Made by a program: the position numbers and the translations under genes. Shown piece by piece: positions 1 through 9,246 of a DNA stretch of 64,000 nucleotides (positions are counted from its first letter, which is position 1; each line of letters starts with the position of its first letter). Where the stretch lies: the NCBI GenBank assembly GCA_020634115.1, contig JACKCH010000011.1, positions 667,945 to 731,944 of the forward strand, given 5' to 3'. Source of the stretch: Anaerolineaceae bacterium. GTDB taxonomy: Bacteria > Chloroflexota > Anaerolineae > Aggregatilineales > Phototrophicaceae. The notes beneath the pieces were generated by a model. That model was not told where the DNA came from and did no database searches. It saw only the letters and a list, made by a program, of their open reading frames with translations.

Positions 1-169
1 GGACAAAAACTTCCGCAGTTAAATCCTCTGCCACATGGTCGGATTCAACCCGGTAACTGACATAGTTAAAGATCGCCTGGACATAGGCTTCGTAAAGCAT
101 GCCAACGGCTTCTTTATCGCCTTGCTGCGCGCGTTGGATAAGCTGGTGTTCATCGGGTCGTGGTCGCAT
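1..169 (-). CDS. RNA polymerase sigma-70 factor, ECF subfamily (N-terminal part; gene runs off the left edge of the window)
   Basis: The ORF track omits this because it is under 60 aa. Minus-strand translation from ATG at 169 gives MRPRPDEHQLIQRAQQGDKEAVGMLYEAYVQAIFNYVSYRVESDHVAEDLTAEVFV with no stop codon to position 1. This is a typical sigma-70 region 2 / ECF N-terminus. Confidence 0.6.
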   Translation of the reverse strand, partial: MRPRPDEHQLIQRAQQGDKEAVGMLYEAYVQAIFNYVSYRVESDHVAEDLTAEVFV

Positions 170-435
170 AAATCTATTATGCCCTACTTTTCCCGTTGTT
201 CGCGTATATCTTTGGACCACGATTGCGCTTCTGTCTGCTATACCGCAAATACAAACCGAATGTTACGCCAACCCTTAAGCGGCATAGGCTATAAGTCCTA
301 AGTAACATTCATCTCCTCGGCCCGTTTTTATCGGCAAGACAATTGCATCATCGTTCGCGTGTTACGTTTATTCACTGGCGCTCACTCATACACAATGCGT
401 TGGTGGTAGAGGATCAAAGGGAGACTCCATTTATC

Positions 436-1656
436 ATGAAGAAGAGAACTTCTCAGCATATCGGCCTTATTCTGATGTTGGTTGCGCTGCTCCTGGCTGC
501 GCTGCCGGTCTACGCCCAGACCGCCCCGCCCGTGCCAGGGGATGAAATCGTCGTTACCGGGGCCATTACCTTCAGCGATGGGGACATCATGGTCGCCGGT
601 TATATTCTCGCGCCTGCCGGTGGCTTCAATCCCTCGGCCTACGATGAGGGCGACGTCGTGATCGTAACGGGTATCCTGCTGCCGGACGGCCTCACCATCC
701 AGGTGACTGACCTGCTGCTGGTGACCGATACTGACCTTGATGGCGTGGATGATACCGTTGATAACTGCCCAGATGTCGCCAACCCTGACCAAATGGACAC
801 AGATGGCGATGGTATTGGCGACGCCTGCGACCCGGACTATATAGACACAGACGGCGACACGGTTGTGGACAGCCTCGACAACTGCCCGCTGGTCGCCAAC
901 CCTGACCAGTTGGACACGGACGGCGACGGCATTGGCGACGCCTGCGACCCGGATTATATAGACACAGACGGCGATACGGTGGTAGACAGCCTCGACAACT
1001 GTCCGCTGGTCGCCAACCCTGACCAGTTGGATAGCGATGGTGACGGCATTGGCGACGCCTGTGACCCGGACTACATAGACACAGACGGCGATGGCGTGGT
1101 GGACAGTCTTGATAACTGCCCTGCGGTGTACAACCCAGACCAGGCAGACAGCGACGGCGACGGCATTGGTGACGCCTGCGATTCAGGTGACGACGCTGCT
1201 TCCTGTATGACCTCCGACCAACCGGTTGCGGCTCGCCTGGCAGAATCATTCGGCGTGAGTTATGACGTGGTGATCGGCATGTTCTGTGACGGCTATGGTT
1301 TTGGTGAAGTTGCCCGTGCCCTGGCGCTGGCGGCGGCCAGCGATGGCGCAACCACCGCAGAAGACATCCTGGCAAGCAAGTCAGCGGGCAATGGATGGGG
1401 TTCGATCATCCGTGATAGCGGTGTGAATCCATCCCAACTCGCGCCAGGGCAGGCGGTCAAGTCGAATGATGACGCGGATACGACCAACACCACCAACGCG
1501 CAGCCGGGTAACAGCGGGAACAATGGCAATAACGGCAACAGCGGCAACAATGGGAATAACAGCAATAACGGACGCGGTAATAGCGGTAATAACGGTAATA
1601 GTGGGAACAACGGCAACAGTGGCAACAACAATGGCCGCGGGAACGGTAAGAAGTAA
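436..1656 (+). CDS. secreted thrombospondin type-3 (calcium-binding) repeat protein with an Asn/Gly-rich C-terminal tail
   Basis: GGGAGA ribosome-binding site before ATG at 436. Signal peptide [28 protein letters not shown]. Repeated [14 protein letters not shown] / [10 protein letters not shown] motifs. The tail is [13 protein letters not shown]... low complexity. Confidence 0.8.
   Translation: MKKRTSQHIGLILMLVALLLAALPVYAQTAPPVPGDEIVVTGAITFSDGDIMVAGYILAPAGGFNPSAYDEGDVVIVTGILLPDGLTIQVTDLLLVTDTDLDGVDDTVDNCPDVANPDQMDTDGDGIGDACDPDYIDTDGDTVVDSLDNCPLVANPDQLDTDGDGIGDACDPDYIDTDGDTVVDSLDNCPLVANPDQLDSDGDGIGDACDPDYIDTDGDGVVDSLDNCPAVYNPDQADSDGDGIGDACDSGDDAASCMTSDQPVAARLAESFGVSYDVVIGMFCDGYGFGEVARALALAAASDGATTAEDILASKSAGNGWGSIIRDSGVNPSQLAPGQAVKSNDDADTTNTTNAQPGNSGNNGNNGNSGNNGNNSNNGRGNSGNNGNSGNNGNSGNNNGRGNGKK
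772..1190 (+). repeat. about 3.5 tandem copies of a 117-bp intragenic repeat encoding the 39-aa TSP3 unit
   Basis: Near-identical nucleotide units seen directly (gacggcgacggcattggcgacgcctgcgacccgga...aaccctgaccagttgga). Confidence 0.8.
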
Positions 1657-1702
1657 CCTTCTTGGCACAACCGTATAACCCTGCTCAATCTATTCAGCGA
1701 AC

Positions 1703-1735
1703 AGCGCCGATCACCCTGACCGGCGCTGTTTTTTA
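1703..1735 (+). terminator. Rho-independent terminator
   Basis: Stem cagcgccg / cggcgctg followed by TTTTTT. Confidence 0.6.
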
Positions 1736-1825
1736 GGCGCTATTGCCGCACAGCTCATAAATTGCTTTACAAATGCGCTCAAACAGCTATAATAGAACAA
1801 AATAGCTAATTCGAGAGGGAAGCGT

Positions 1826-2209
1826 ATGACCAAACCAATGATAGGCCGTATTATGTGGACTGATTTAACCGTGCCGAATGCCGACGCGATACGCGACTTC
1901 TACCAGGCTGTGGTGGGCTGGGAGGCTTCCGGTGTCCCGATAGATGCGGAATACGAGGATTACAATATGCTGCCGCCGGGCGGCGAACCGGCTGCGGGTA
2001 TCTGCCATGCGCGGGGGGTGAATGCCAATATTCCTCCACAATGGCTGATCTATATCACCGTCGCCGACATTGACCAAAGCATCGCGGCTTGTACCCGGCT
2101 CGGCGGCAAGGTCATCGTTCCGCTGCGTGAACAGGGCGGCAGCCGCTTCTGTGTGATTCAAGACCCGGCGGGCGCGGTAGCGGCACTTTACCAACCCGCA
2201 GCCGAATAG
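1826..2209 (+). CDS. VOC / glyoxalase-bleomycin resistance family protein
   Basis: 127 aa. GIRMWTDLTVPNADAIRDFYQAVVGWE pattern typical of the glyoxalase fold. AT-rich promoter upstream with gctataat. Confidence 0.6.
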   Translation: MTKPMIGRIMWTDLTVPNADAIRDFYQAVVGWEASGVPIDAEYEDYNMLPPGGEPAAGICHARGVNANIPPQWLIYITVADIDQSIAACTRLGGKVIVPLREQGGSRFCVIQDPAGAVAALYQPAAE

Positions 2210-2212
2210 CCG

Positions 2213-3691
2213 CTACTCATCAAATCGCCGCGCCAGCACCAGGATAAAGCTGCCGCGCGTGTCGCTGTTGCCGACTTCGCCGCTGAAACGCGCCGCCCGG
2301 ATGTAATACAGGCCGGTGCGGGCGATGCGGTAACGGGCAATCCGCGCATTCTGACCGCCGCCGCCATCGTCGTCGCTGGTGAGCGGCGTCTGCTCTTCAT
2401 TGAGGATGCTCACCACCGGGTCGAGGTCGCCATCCCCCCGGTTGAGGGAGACGGTAATCACATCGCCTTCCGTCCCCCAGAATGAAAACAGTATTTGCGG
2501 CGTGATTTCATCCAGCCGCCCGGTGATGGTCGTGCCGTAACTGATGCGCTGCGCGTCCGGCGCGACGGTATCAAAGGCGTTGCCCAGGGTTTGCAGCTCC
2601 AGCCGGTAGCCCCCGGTGGTTTTGCCGTCTTCCCGGTCAAAGCGCGTGGCGAGAATGTAGTATGTGCCATCGGCGGGGATGAGATACCCCTCGATTTTGG
2701 CATTCTGACCGCCGCCGCCGTCATCGTCGCTGACCAGTTCCTGCAACCCGGCGTTCGCCAGCACCAGGAAGGCATCCAGATTCCCACTGGTGCGGCTCAT
2801 CCGCACGGTGATTAAATCATCTTTCTTGGCCTCAAAACGGTAGTAGCGCACGATGTAGCGGGCGGTCAGGTCGCCCTCGGCCACGTCGCCCAGGCCAATT
2901 TCAATAGACGCCTCCGCCGAATTACCGAGACCGCTGTTATCGGCTTCCCCGATGGTCAACACAAAGCGCCCGGCAGTGTTGCCGGTGGCCGCGCCGTAGC
3001 GGGTGGCGATGATGATGTACGTGCCGGTCTGCTCGATCAGCAGGTTCGTGATGTTCGCGTCCAGGTTGCCGCCCAGGACATCATCGTTTTCCGCGACCAC
3101 GAAGGCGTTGCTATCCACTACCTGGAGGTAGGGGTCGAGGTCGCCAGAGTCGCGCTGCATGTGGATACTGATGATGTCGCCCTTTTGGGCGCGGAAACTG
3201 TAGTACACCTGTGGGGTGAGGTTATTGATGGTGTTAATCACCGTGTCGCCGTAGCGCAAGGCGCTGCCGTTGGCTGAACTCACGCCGATGCGCTCAATCG
3301 CCAGTTCGTAGTCGCCGCTGGTCGTCCCCAGGCCGTAGCCAAACCGCCCCACGACCACGAAATAGCGCCCGCTTTGGGGGATGGTCAGCGTCGGGATGGC
3401 TGGATTCAGACCCCCCGCCGTGTCATCCAGGCTGGCGACAATCGTCCCGGTCTGATCCAGCACCGTGAGAATCGGGTCGAGGCTGCCGCCCGTGACGCGC
3501 ACGGTAATGGCGATGACATCCCCGCGCAGCCCATCGAAATAGTACACGGCACGGGGCGCGGCATCGGTAATCCGCCCGGTGACGCGCCCGCCATAGGTGA
3601 GGGTATCGGATGTCGCGGCATCCTGCGCCAACACAGGAGCGGCAAGAAGCAGGCATAGGCCCAAGAGAAATGAGAGTCGTTTCAGCAGCAT
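2213..3691 (-). CDS. secreted protein with about five tandem pre-peptidase C-terminal (PPC)-like beta domains
   Basis: Signal peptide MLLKRLSFLLGLCLLLAAPVLAQD. Internal protein repeats (...YYF..GD.I...GGSLDP.L.V.D..G...DDD.GG.NA...). Confidence 0.6.
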   Translation of the reverse strand: MLLKRLSFLLGLCLLLAAPVLAQDAATSDTLTYGGRVTGRITDAAPRAVYYFDGLRGDVIAITVRVTGGSLDPILTVLDQTGTIVASLDDTAGGLNPAIPTLTIPQSGRYFVVVGRFGYGLGTTSGDYELAIERIGVSSANGSALRYGDTVINTINNLTPQVYYSFRAQKGDIISIHMQRDSGDLDPYLQVVDSNAFVVAENDDVLGGNLDANITNLLIEQTGTYIIIATRYGAATGNTAGRFVLTIGEADNSGLGNSAEASIEIGLGDVAEGDLTARYIVRYYRFEAKKDDLITVRMSRTSGNLDAFLVLANAGLQELVSDDDGGGGQNAKIEGYLIPADGTYYILATRFDREDGKTTGGYRLELQTLGNAFDTVAPDAQRISYGTTITGRLDEITPQILFSFWGTEGDVITVSLNRGDGDLDPVVSILNEEQTPLTSDDDGGGGQNARIARYRIARTGLYYIRAARFSGEVGNSDTRGSFILVLARRFDE

Positions 3692-3702
3692 GAGTCCATT
3701 TT

Positions 3703-3730
3703 ACCCGCGCCGCCGCTTCCCGCGCCACTG
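3703..3730. repeat. left copy of a 24-nt GC-rich direct repeat flanking the Type IIG gene (CCGCGCCGCCGCTTCCCGCGCCAC)
   Basis: Matches 6871-6895 at 23/24 positions. Confidence 0.7.
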
Positions 3731-3773
3731 AGATGTCAGCCAAATCGGTTATGCGCCTTGTATTAGCCTCGTG

Positions 3774-6700
3774 CTACGCCCCCTCCACGATACGGATTTC
3801 TTCGGCGGTGAGGCCGTAGAGGTCGTACACCAGCGCGTCTATCGCCCGGTCTGTGCTGGTGATGGCGGCCTGAATCGCGCTGCGGGCGGCGTCGGTGGCG
3901 GCCTGGGGGAGTTGGCGGTGCAGGTCGAGCATGGTTTCGACCAGTTTCACCATACGGTCATGCTGGGCTGTGTCGGCGGGGTCATCAAAATTGATGGTGT
4001 GGATGGGGATGTGCTTAAGGTATTCAAAAATTAGTTGATAACCGTTTTGAATTTGGGTACAGTGATTGGAAATTAAAAACCAACCAAACTTAGAATTTAA
4101 AATACCCAACAAATATTTATCTGCCTTTGGAATAATCCAAACAGCATTATTTGCATAGATTCCTTCAATATCAAGAGCAAATGTTGGCTTAACTTGAAAA
4201 ACTAAATATGCAATTTTAGGCTTCTCGAATTCAGCATAATAATCTACCGTGTCTTGAATTTCATACCATTCATAAGTTCCTGGTTTGCGACCCTTCCAAT
4301 CTCCTTCCCAATCTCGTGGACGTGGCATTAACCTTTCCTTATATTGTGTTAGATGTCTTTCTATAGCAGGGTATTTCGATATATCAATGCCTCGCCTTGT
4401 GAAAATCAAGAAACGATCTGCTTTGTTTATAACATAACGCCCAATATCTCGTCCAATTATAAACGGTTTGATTATTTCAGAACTGCTCGAATGTTCTGCT
4501 ATTAATCTGGTACGGGTATCCGAATCAATCACAAAAGCCTCATTAAATCCTGTTTTTACGCCATAGTGGACATTTCCTTTCAGATATTTATCGAGTGGAG
4601 TGTCATTAATAGCTATTCTACGGAGTAAAGATTGAGAAATCTCATTTACTAATGCCCAACCATTATCACTTAATTGATCTTTTGTAACCATAAACGAGTT
4701 ATTAACAACATATGTACTTAGAGTGTCGAATTTTAGAGTACTTACCTGGCATACCCTAAAACGTTCTTGAGGTTTGTCTCTATGAATAAACAAAATACAA
4801 GGATATGTGGTTGCATTTTGAAATACTTGTAGATCGCCAAAATCAACAATTTCTTCGATTTTTTGTTGCTTTAGCCATGTACGCAACGATTTTCCATAAT
4901 TTGCTCTCATCCATTTATTCGCTACAATAATCCCAAACTTTCCCTCCTGTTTTAGTAAGCTGAAACCACGTTCAATGAAATAAGAATATAAATCAGCAGT
5001 CCCCCAATAAGTAAAATAATGAGCTTTTGCATATTTTTTAAACTCCGGTCCTAAAATTTCTTGCCTAACATACGGCGGATTGCCAATCACCGCGTCAAAG
5101 CCGCCCGCCGTCATGATCGCGCCGAACCCCTTCACCGGGTCGTTCCAGTCAAAAACTTTCACCCGCAGCAGGTCTTCTTCGTCCATGTCCCACATGCTCA
5201 ACTGCTTATTCTGCTGGGTGTAGTAGTCCGGCCCGATGAGCGAATTGCCCCACTTGATATTGTCGCCCAGGTCGGGCAGCACCCGTTCGTTCAGCAGCGT
5301 GGCCTGCGTCGTGGTTGAAGTCTCACCTTCCAGCAGTTTGAGCAGCAGCGAGAGTTTGGTGACTTCGACGGCCTGCTGGTCAAGATCAACGCCGTACAGG
5401 TTGTTTTTGAGGATGCGCTTCTTTTCGGCGGTGGTCAGGACGTAAGCGCCGTCTAGCTGCCGCAGCCGCCCGGCTTTGAGATGCGTTTTGGGGGCGTGGC
5501 GGGCGTAGTAGTCCCGGTGCCAGTCGAGCAAGTGCTGGTACGCGCCGATGAGGAACGAACCGCTGCCACAGGCCGGGTCGAGAATGCGCAGCGCGGCGGC
5601 CTGTTCCGGCGTTTTGCCGTCCAGCAGCTTGCCAACCGTGTTCTGGACGATGTAATCCACGATGTAGGTGGGGGTATAGTAGACGCCGCCCGCCTTGCGG
5701 ACTTCCGGCTTTTCGACCACGTTCACCGTCGGGCCGCTGACTTCGATCACCTTACCCAGGAAACGCTCGTAAATCTGCCCCAGGATGTCGGACGGCAGGG
5801 CGTCAAAGGCATACGGGCTGTGCGGGAAATACAGGTTGAGGAAAATCGTTTGCAGCGGGGCGTTGTCTATCCTGAGGTTGAGCGTCCACTCGTCGGGGTC
5901 TTCGTCGCGGGACTGCTCGTGGTTAAAGTGGAACAGGCCAGAATTATATTTCGCGTCGGCCTGGCGGAAAAACTGGGTGAGTTCGCCGTAGATAGACGGG
6001 CTTTTCACCAGGTCTTCTAACCGTCCATACGGTTCAATGCCCCGGTCTTCGCAAATCCGCAGAAAAATGATGCGATCCAGCGTCATCTGCACGGCGGTAT
6101 TCAGGTGGCGGGGGGACAGGCCGGGGTTGTGCCAGGCGATGTCTTGCGCCAGCGTCTCGCGCCAGATTTCCAGGTCAGCCAGGAACGCGGCGTCCACTTC
6201 CTGCGCTCCGCGAGTCTTTTCGCCGCGAATCCAGTCTTCCAGCTTATTTTCCTGTACCGCCCGGCGTGAAAACAGGCTTTCGATTTCATCCCATTTGTCC
6301 AGGTACTCCTGGTAGGTGTAAAACCGTAAACGGCCTTCCTGGGCGCGGTCTTCCGGCGCGGGTTTGATGCGGCAGTCATACACGCTGAATTCTTCAAAGT
6401 CGGTCAGGACACTCACCGGCAGTTTGGCCGACCAGCCGTAACGCCGCACCTGATAGGCGGGCAGCGGGTCGTCCTTCAGGTTGACCGCCGGTTTCTTGGT
6501 TTCCACGAAAAAGCGGGTTCTGTCGGTCTGGTCGGTGCGGAAGGCGTAATCGGGGCGCTTGGGTTTCTTCATGCCCTCTTCATCCACTTGCACATACGCC
6601 TCGTGTGTCACCTGCAAGCTATCGGCGACATTCCAGCCCAGCGCCTCGAAGAGCGGATTCACGAATTCGACCCGTACCTGGGTTTCGTTGTACTGCGGCG

Positions 6701-6791
6701 AACGAAAGAAGGTCTTGCGGGACTCGAATTTTTCAACCAGTTGGGCGACTTGTTGGCGGGCAGTGTCTTTGTTCATTGGGCGGGCATCCAC
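3774..6791 (-). CDS. Type IIG restriction-modification enzyme: PD-(D/E)xK nuclease fused to a gamma-class N6-adenine DNA methyltransferase and a target recognition domain (MmeI-like single-polypeptide R-M)
   Basis: 1005 aa. N-terminal PDYAF...FFVETKKP nuclease motif (D-x(n)-E-x-K). LDPACGSGSFL (SAM motif I). GNPPYVRQE (motif IV). No separate methyltransferase or specificity gene nearby. Confidence 0.8.
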   Translation of the reverse strand: MDARPMNKDTARQQVAQLVEKFESRKTFFRSPQYNETQVRVEFVNPLFEALGWNVADSLQVTHEAYVQVDEEGMKKPKRPDYAFRTDQTDRTRFFVETKKPAVNLKDDPLPAYQVRRYGWSAKLPVSVLTDFEEFSVYDCRIKPAPEDRAQEGRLRFYTYQEYLDKWDEIESLFSRRAVQENKLEDWIRGEKTRGAQEVDAAFLADLEIWRETLAQDIAWHNPGLSPRHLNTAVQMTLDRIIFLRICEDRGIEPYGRLEDLVKSPSIYGELTQFFRQADAKYNSGLFHFNHEQSRDEDPDEWTLNLRIDNAPLQTIFLNLYFPHSPYAFDALPSDILGQIYERFLGKVIEVSGPTVNVVEKPEVRKAGGVYYTPTYIVDYIVQNTVGKLLDGKTPEQAAALRILDPACGSGSFLIGAYQHLLDWHRDYYARHAPKTHLKAGRLRQLDGAYVLTTAEKKRILKNNLYGVDLDQQAVEVTKLSLLLKLLEGETSTTTQATLLNERVLPDLGDNIKWGNSLIGPDYYTQQNKQLSMWDMDEEDLLRVKVFDWNDPVKGFGAIMTAGGFDAVIGNPPYVRQEILGPEFKKYAKAHYFTYWGTADLYSYFIERGFSLLKQEGKFGIIVANKWMRANYGKSLRTWLKQQKIEEIVDFGDLQVFQNATTYPCILFIHRDKPQERFRVCQVSTLKFDTLSTYVVNNSFMVTKDQLSDNGWALVNEISQSLLRRIAINDTPLDKYLKGNVHYGVKTGFNEAFVIDSDTRTRLIAEHSSSSEIIKPFIIGRDIGRYVINKADRFLIFTRRGIDISKYPAIERHLTQYKERLMPRPRDWEGDWKGRKPGTYEWYEIQDTVDYYAEFEKPKIAYLVFQVKPTFALDIEGIYANNAVWIIPKADKYLLGILNSKFGWFLISNHCTQIQNGYQLIFEYLKHIPIHTINFDDPADTAQHDRMVKLVETMLDLHRQLPQAATDAARSAIQAAITSTDRAIDALVYDLYGLTAEEIRIVEGA

Positions 6792-6868
6792 TGAATAAAC
6801 AGTTATGTAATGCGTCTATTCTAGCGCCCCACGAGCTTACTTGCAAAGCGTGTTACAATTTTCAACCC

Positions 6869-6896
6869 GCCCCGCGCCGCCGCCTCCCGCGCCACC
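6869..6896. repeat. right copy of the 24-nt direct repeat flanking the Type IIG gene (CCGCGCCGCCGCCTCCCGCGCCAC)
   Basis: Pairs with 3706-3729. Confidence 0.7.
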
Positions 6897-7103
6897 ACTG
6901 GATTCCGGGTGCGCCTCGTGTATACTGTACAATATTGCAGCATCGCACTATAATCAGTGTAGTGATATTCACAAGTTTCAAAACAAAGTGAACGTAAATA
7001 TCCTGACATACGGCACAGGTACGGCGGTGCGCCCCTACGAAAACCAATCACCGCGCCGCCTGACCGGTTGGGATACGAGCATTAGATAAGGAATGTCGGA
7101 GTC

Positions 7104-8192
7104 ATGAGCAACTGGAACACGATCACCGAAAAGGTAAACGCCGGGGAACGGCTGTCGTTTGACGAGGGCGTCTGGCTGTTTGAGCAGCGCGATGTCATCC
7201 AAATCGGCAAGCTGGCGCAGGTGGTGCGCCGCCGTCTGCACGGTGATAAAGTCTATTTCAACAAGAACCGCCACATCAACCCGACTAATGTGTGCGCCTT
7301 CCACTGTAATTTCTGCTCGTTCGCCCGTACCGCTGAGAAGATGGAAGGGGCGTACACCTTCATGCCGGAGCAAATTCCCGACAAAGTGCGCGGCGCGGTG
7401 GAAGCGGGCGTGCGCGAGTTCCATATCGTCGGTGGGCTGCACCCGGAACTCGGTTTTGACTATTATCTGGACATCCTGCGGACGCTCAAGCGCGAGTTCC
7501 CGGATATTCACATCAAGGCGTTTACGGCAGTCGAAATTGACTTCTTCAAAGACCTCACCCACCAGACACACGAACAGGTCTTGCAGCAGTTGATCGAAGC
7601 CGGGCTGGATAGTATGCCCGGTGGTGGCGCGGAAATTTTCCATTGGGACGTGCGCCGTAAAATCTGCCCGGAGAAGGCCAATATGGAAACCTGGCTGGCG
7701 GTGCATGATACCGCCCACCACCTGGGACTCAAGACCAACGCCACCATGCTCTACGGGCATATCGAAAAGCCGGAACACCGCGTGCATCACCTGGTCGCGC
7801 TGCGTGAACAGCAGGATAAATCCGGTGGATTCCAGACGTTTATCGGGCTGGCCTTCCACCCGGAAGAAAACAATCTGGGCCGCCGCCTCAACCGCCAGTG
7901 GACAACCGGTGTAGACGACATCAAGACGCTGGCGATCAGCCGCCTGATGCTGGATAACTTCTCTAACATCAAGGCCTATTGGGTGATGCTCACGCCGGAA
8001 CTGGCGCAGGTCGCGTTGAGCTTCGGCGCGAACGACATGGACGGTACGATCATCGAAGAACACATTTATCAGGATGCCGGGGCACGCAAGCAGGCCATGA
8101 CCGTAGAGCAGTTGAAGAACTTCATCCGTTCGGCGGGCTACACCCCGGTGGAACGCGACACGGTATACAATGAAATTGAGGTGTTCGCGTAA
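7104..8192 (+). CDS. radical SAM menaquinone-biosynthesis enzyme, MqnE/MqnC family (futalosine pathway)
   Basis: AAGGAA ribosome-binding site. CAFHCNFCSF CxxxCxxC cluster. Overall similarity to aminodeoxyfutalosine synthase / cyclic dehypoxanthinyl futalosine synthase. Confidence 0.75.
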   Translation: MSNWNTITEKVNAGERLSFDEGVWLFEQRDVIQIGKLAQVVRRRLHGDKVYFNKNRHINPTNVCAFHCNFCSFARTAEKMEGAYTFMPEQIPDKVRGAVEAGVREFHIVGGLHPELGFDYYLDILRTLKREFPDIHIKAFTAVEIDFFKDLTHQTHEQVLQQLIEAGLDSMPGGGAEIFHWDVRRKICPEKANMETWLAVHDTAHHLGLKTNATMLYGHIEKPEHRVHHLVALREQQDKSGGFQTFIGLAFHPEENNLGRRLNRQWTTGVDDIKTLAISRLMLDNFSNIKAYWVMLTPELAQVALSFGANDMDGTIIEEHIYQDAGARKQAMTVEQLKNFIRSAGYTPVERDTVYNEIEVFA

Positions 8193-8216
8193 GAGCCTCA
8201 CGGAACGATAGAGCGT

Positions 8217-8244
8217 GTAGGGGCATGATGTATCATGCCCCTAC
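8217..8244. repeat. REP-like perfect palindrome GTAGGGGCATGAT-G-TATCATGCCCCTAC
   Basis: 28-nt perfect inverted repeat. A family member recurs at 18190. Confidence 0.75.
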
Positions 8245-8272
8245 AAATCCCTCATTTCAGTGAGATTCTGTA

Positions 8273-8304
8273 GGGGCGACCCGGTGTGGTCGCCCGATTT
8301 TTCT
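8273..8304 (+). terminator. Rho-independent terminator after the mqn gene (also carries the GTAGGGGC motif)
   Basis: Stem gggcgacc / ggtcgccc followed by GATTTTTCT. Confidence 0.6.
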
Positions 8305-8420
8305 CCGTGTTTAATTGTGAAACTGCATTATCATGCCCCCGCAGGACAAATTGCAAAACGTCCTATACAATGTGGAAAAATGAGGAGTTTATCACACTGA
8401 AACCGGACAAGGAGTAGCGT

Positions 8421-8663
8421 ATGGCACTGGAACTCAATAAACAAGTTGCACTTACCCGCGATGTGCCGGATGCAAAACTCTACCGGGGAGATGTTGCTAT
8501 CCTGGTGGATTTTGTTGAACATCCTGCCGGTGGAGAACCGGGCGCAATTCTGGAAGTGTTCAATGCGCTAGGCGAATCCATAGATATGGTCACGGTGACG
8601 GTATCCGCTATCGCGCCGTTGAACGCCAATCAAATCCCGGCTGTCCGTACTCTTGCCAGCTAA
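8421..8663 (+). CDS. small hypothetical protein (possibly DUF4926-like)
   Basis: 80-aa ORF. GGAG-like ribosome-binding site (acaaggagtagcgtATG). Confidence 0.45.
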   Translation: MALELNKQVALTRDVPDAKLYRGDVAILVDFVEHPAGGEPGAILEVFNALGESIDMVTVTVSAIAPLNANQIPAVRTLAS

Positions 8664-8734
8664 GTTCACAGCGCATCTTGTGGGATGCACAGCCCCTATG
8701 AAAAAAAGCCAGCACATTTATTAGAAAGAAAATC

Positions 8735-9154
8735 ATGTCCCCCCGTCTCGCGGGTATCATTCGCATCGTGTTCTGGTCAGTGAATGCACTTCTGCTGGGG
8801 GCATTCTTTATGGCAATTTCCTTTGGCATGGGCCTGCCAAAGGTGGCGATATGGGTTGGCGGCCTCTGGGGTGTATGGGCGATGATGTCTCCCGTTTTCA
8901 TCACTCTGCCATTGCTGCGGTGGGTGGCGAAAACGCTGTATCACGGCGAAATCTCCGCCTGGAGACGCCCCATCAATAGGGTAGTTTATGCGCGTGGCCG
9001 AGGCATCGTTCTGCTGAAGGACGACACCTCTATCCTGAGGTGGAAATCCTGTTCGCTGACGTTATTTTTTGCTGCGTGGTCAATATTCAGCAATCTGTTT
9101 ATTTTTCTCGCGGTTATCATTCCCATAGCGCGCTGGTTAGCTGAGATAACTTGA
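8735..9154 (+). CDS. hypothetical integral membrane protein
   Basis: 139 aa with four predicted transmembrane helices. Confidence 0.45.
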   Translation: MSPRLAGIIRIVFWSVNALLLGAFFMAISFGMGLPKVAIWVGGLWGVWAMMSPVFITLPLLRWVAKTLYHGEISAWRRPINRVVYARGRGIVLLKDDTSILRWKSCSLTLFFAAWSIFSNLFIFLAVIIPIARWLAEIT

Positions 9155-9246
9155 GCGGAATGTGCTGGACGGCGCGACCATTAACCCCCAACCCTGGTTC
9201 AGTGCCTAACGCGAATCCGCGCCTCGCTTTTCCCAACAACCAACCC

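Noticed and set aside
35-301. Plus-strand 88-aa ORF at the window start.
   Set aside because: The opposite strand encodes a convincing ECF sigma-factor N-terminus (region 2 motifs). The plus-strand ORF has no motif support.
382-1688. Several long antisense or alternate-frame ORFs (382-792, 692-1375, 1293-1688, 1381-1668) over the TSP3-repeat gene.
   Set aside because: These are artefacts of high GC and repetitive sequence. Their translations are Arg/Pro/Leu-rich low complexity. The sense frame has clear TSP3 motifs and a signal peptide.
7035-8201. 388-aa minus-strand ORF fully overlapping the mqn radical SAM gene.
   Set aside because: It is antisense to a gene with an unambiguous CxxxCxxC radical-SAM signature and a ribosome-binding site. 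Long open antisense frames are expected in high-GC DNA.
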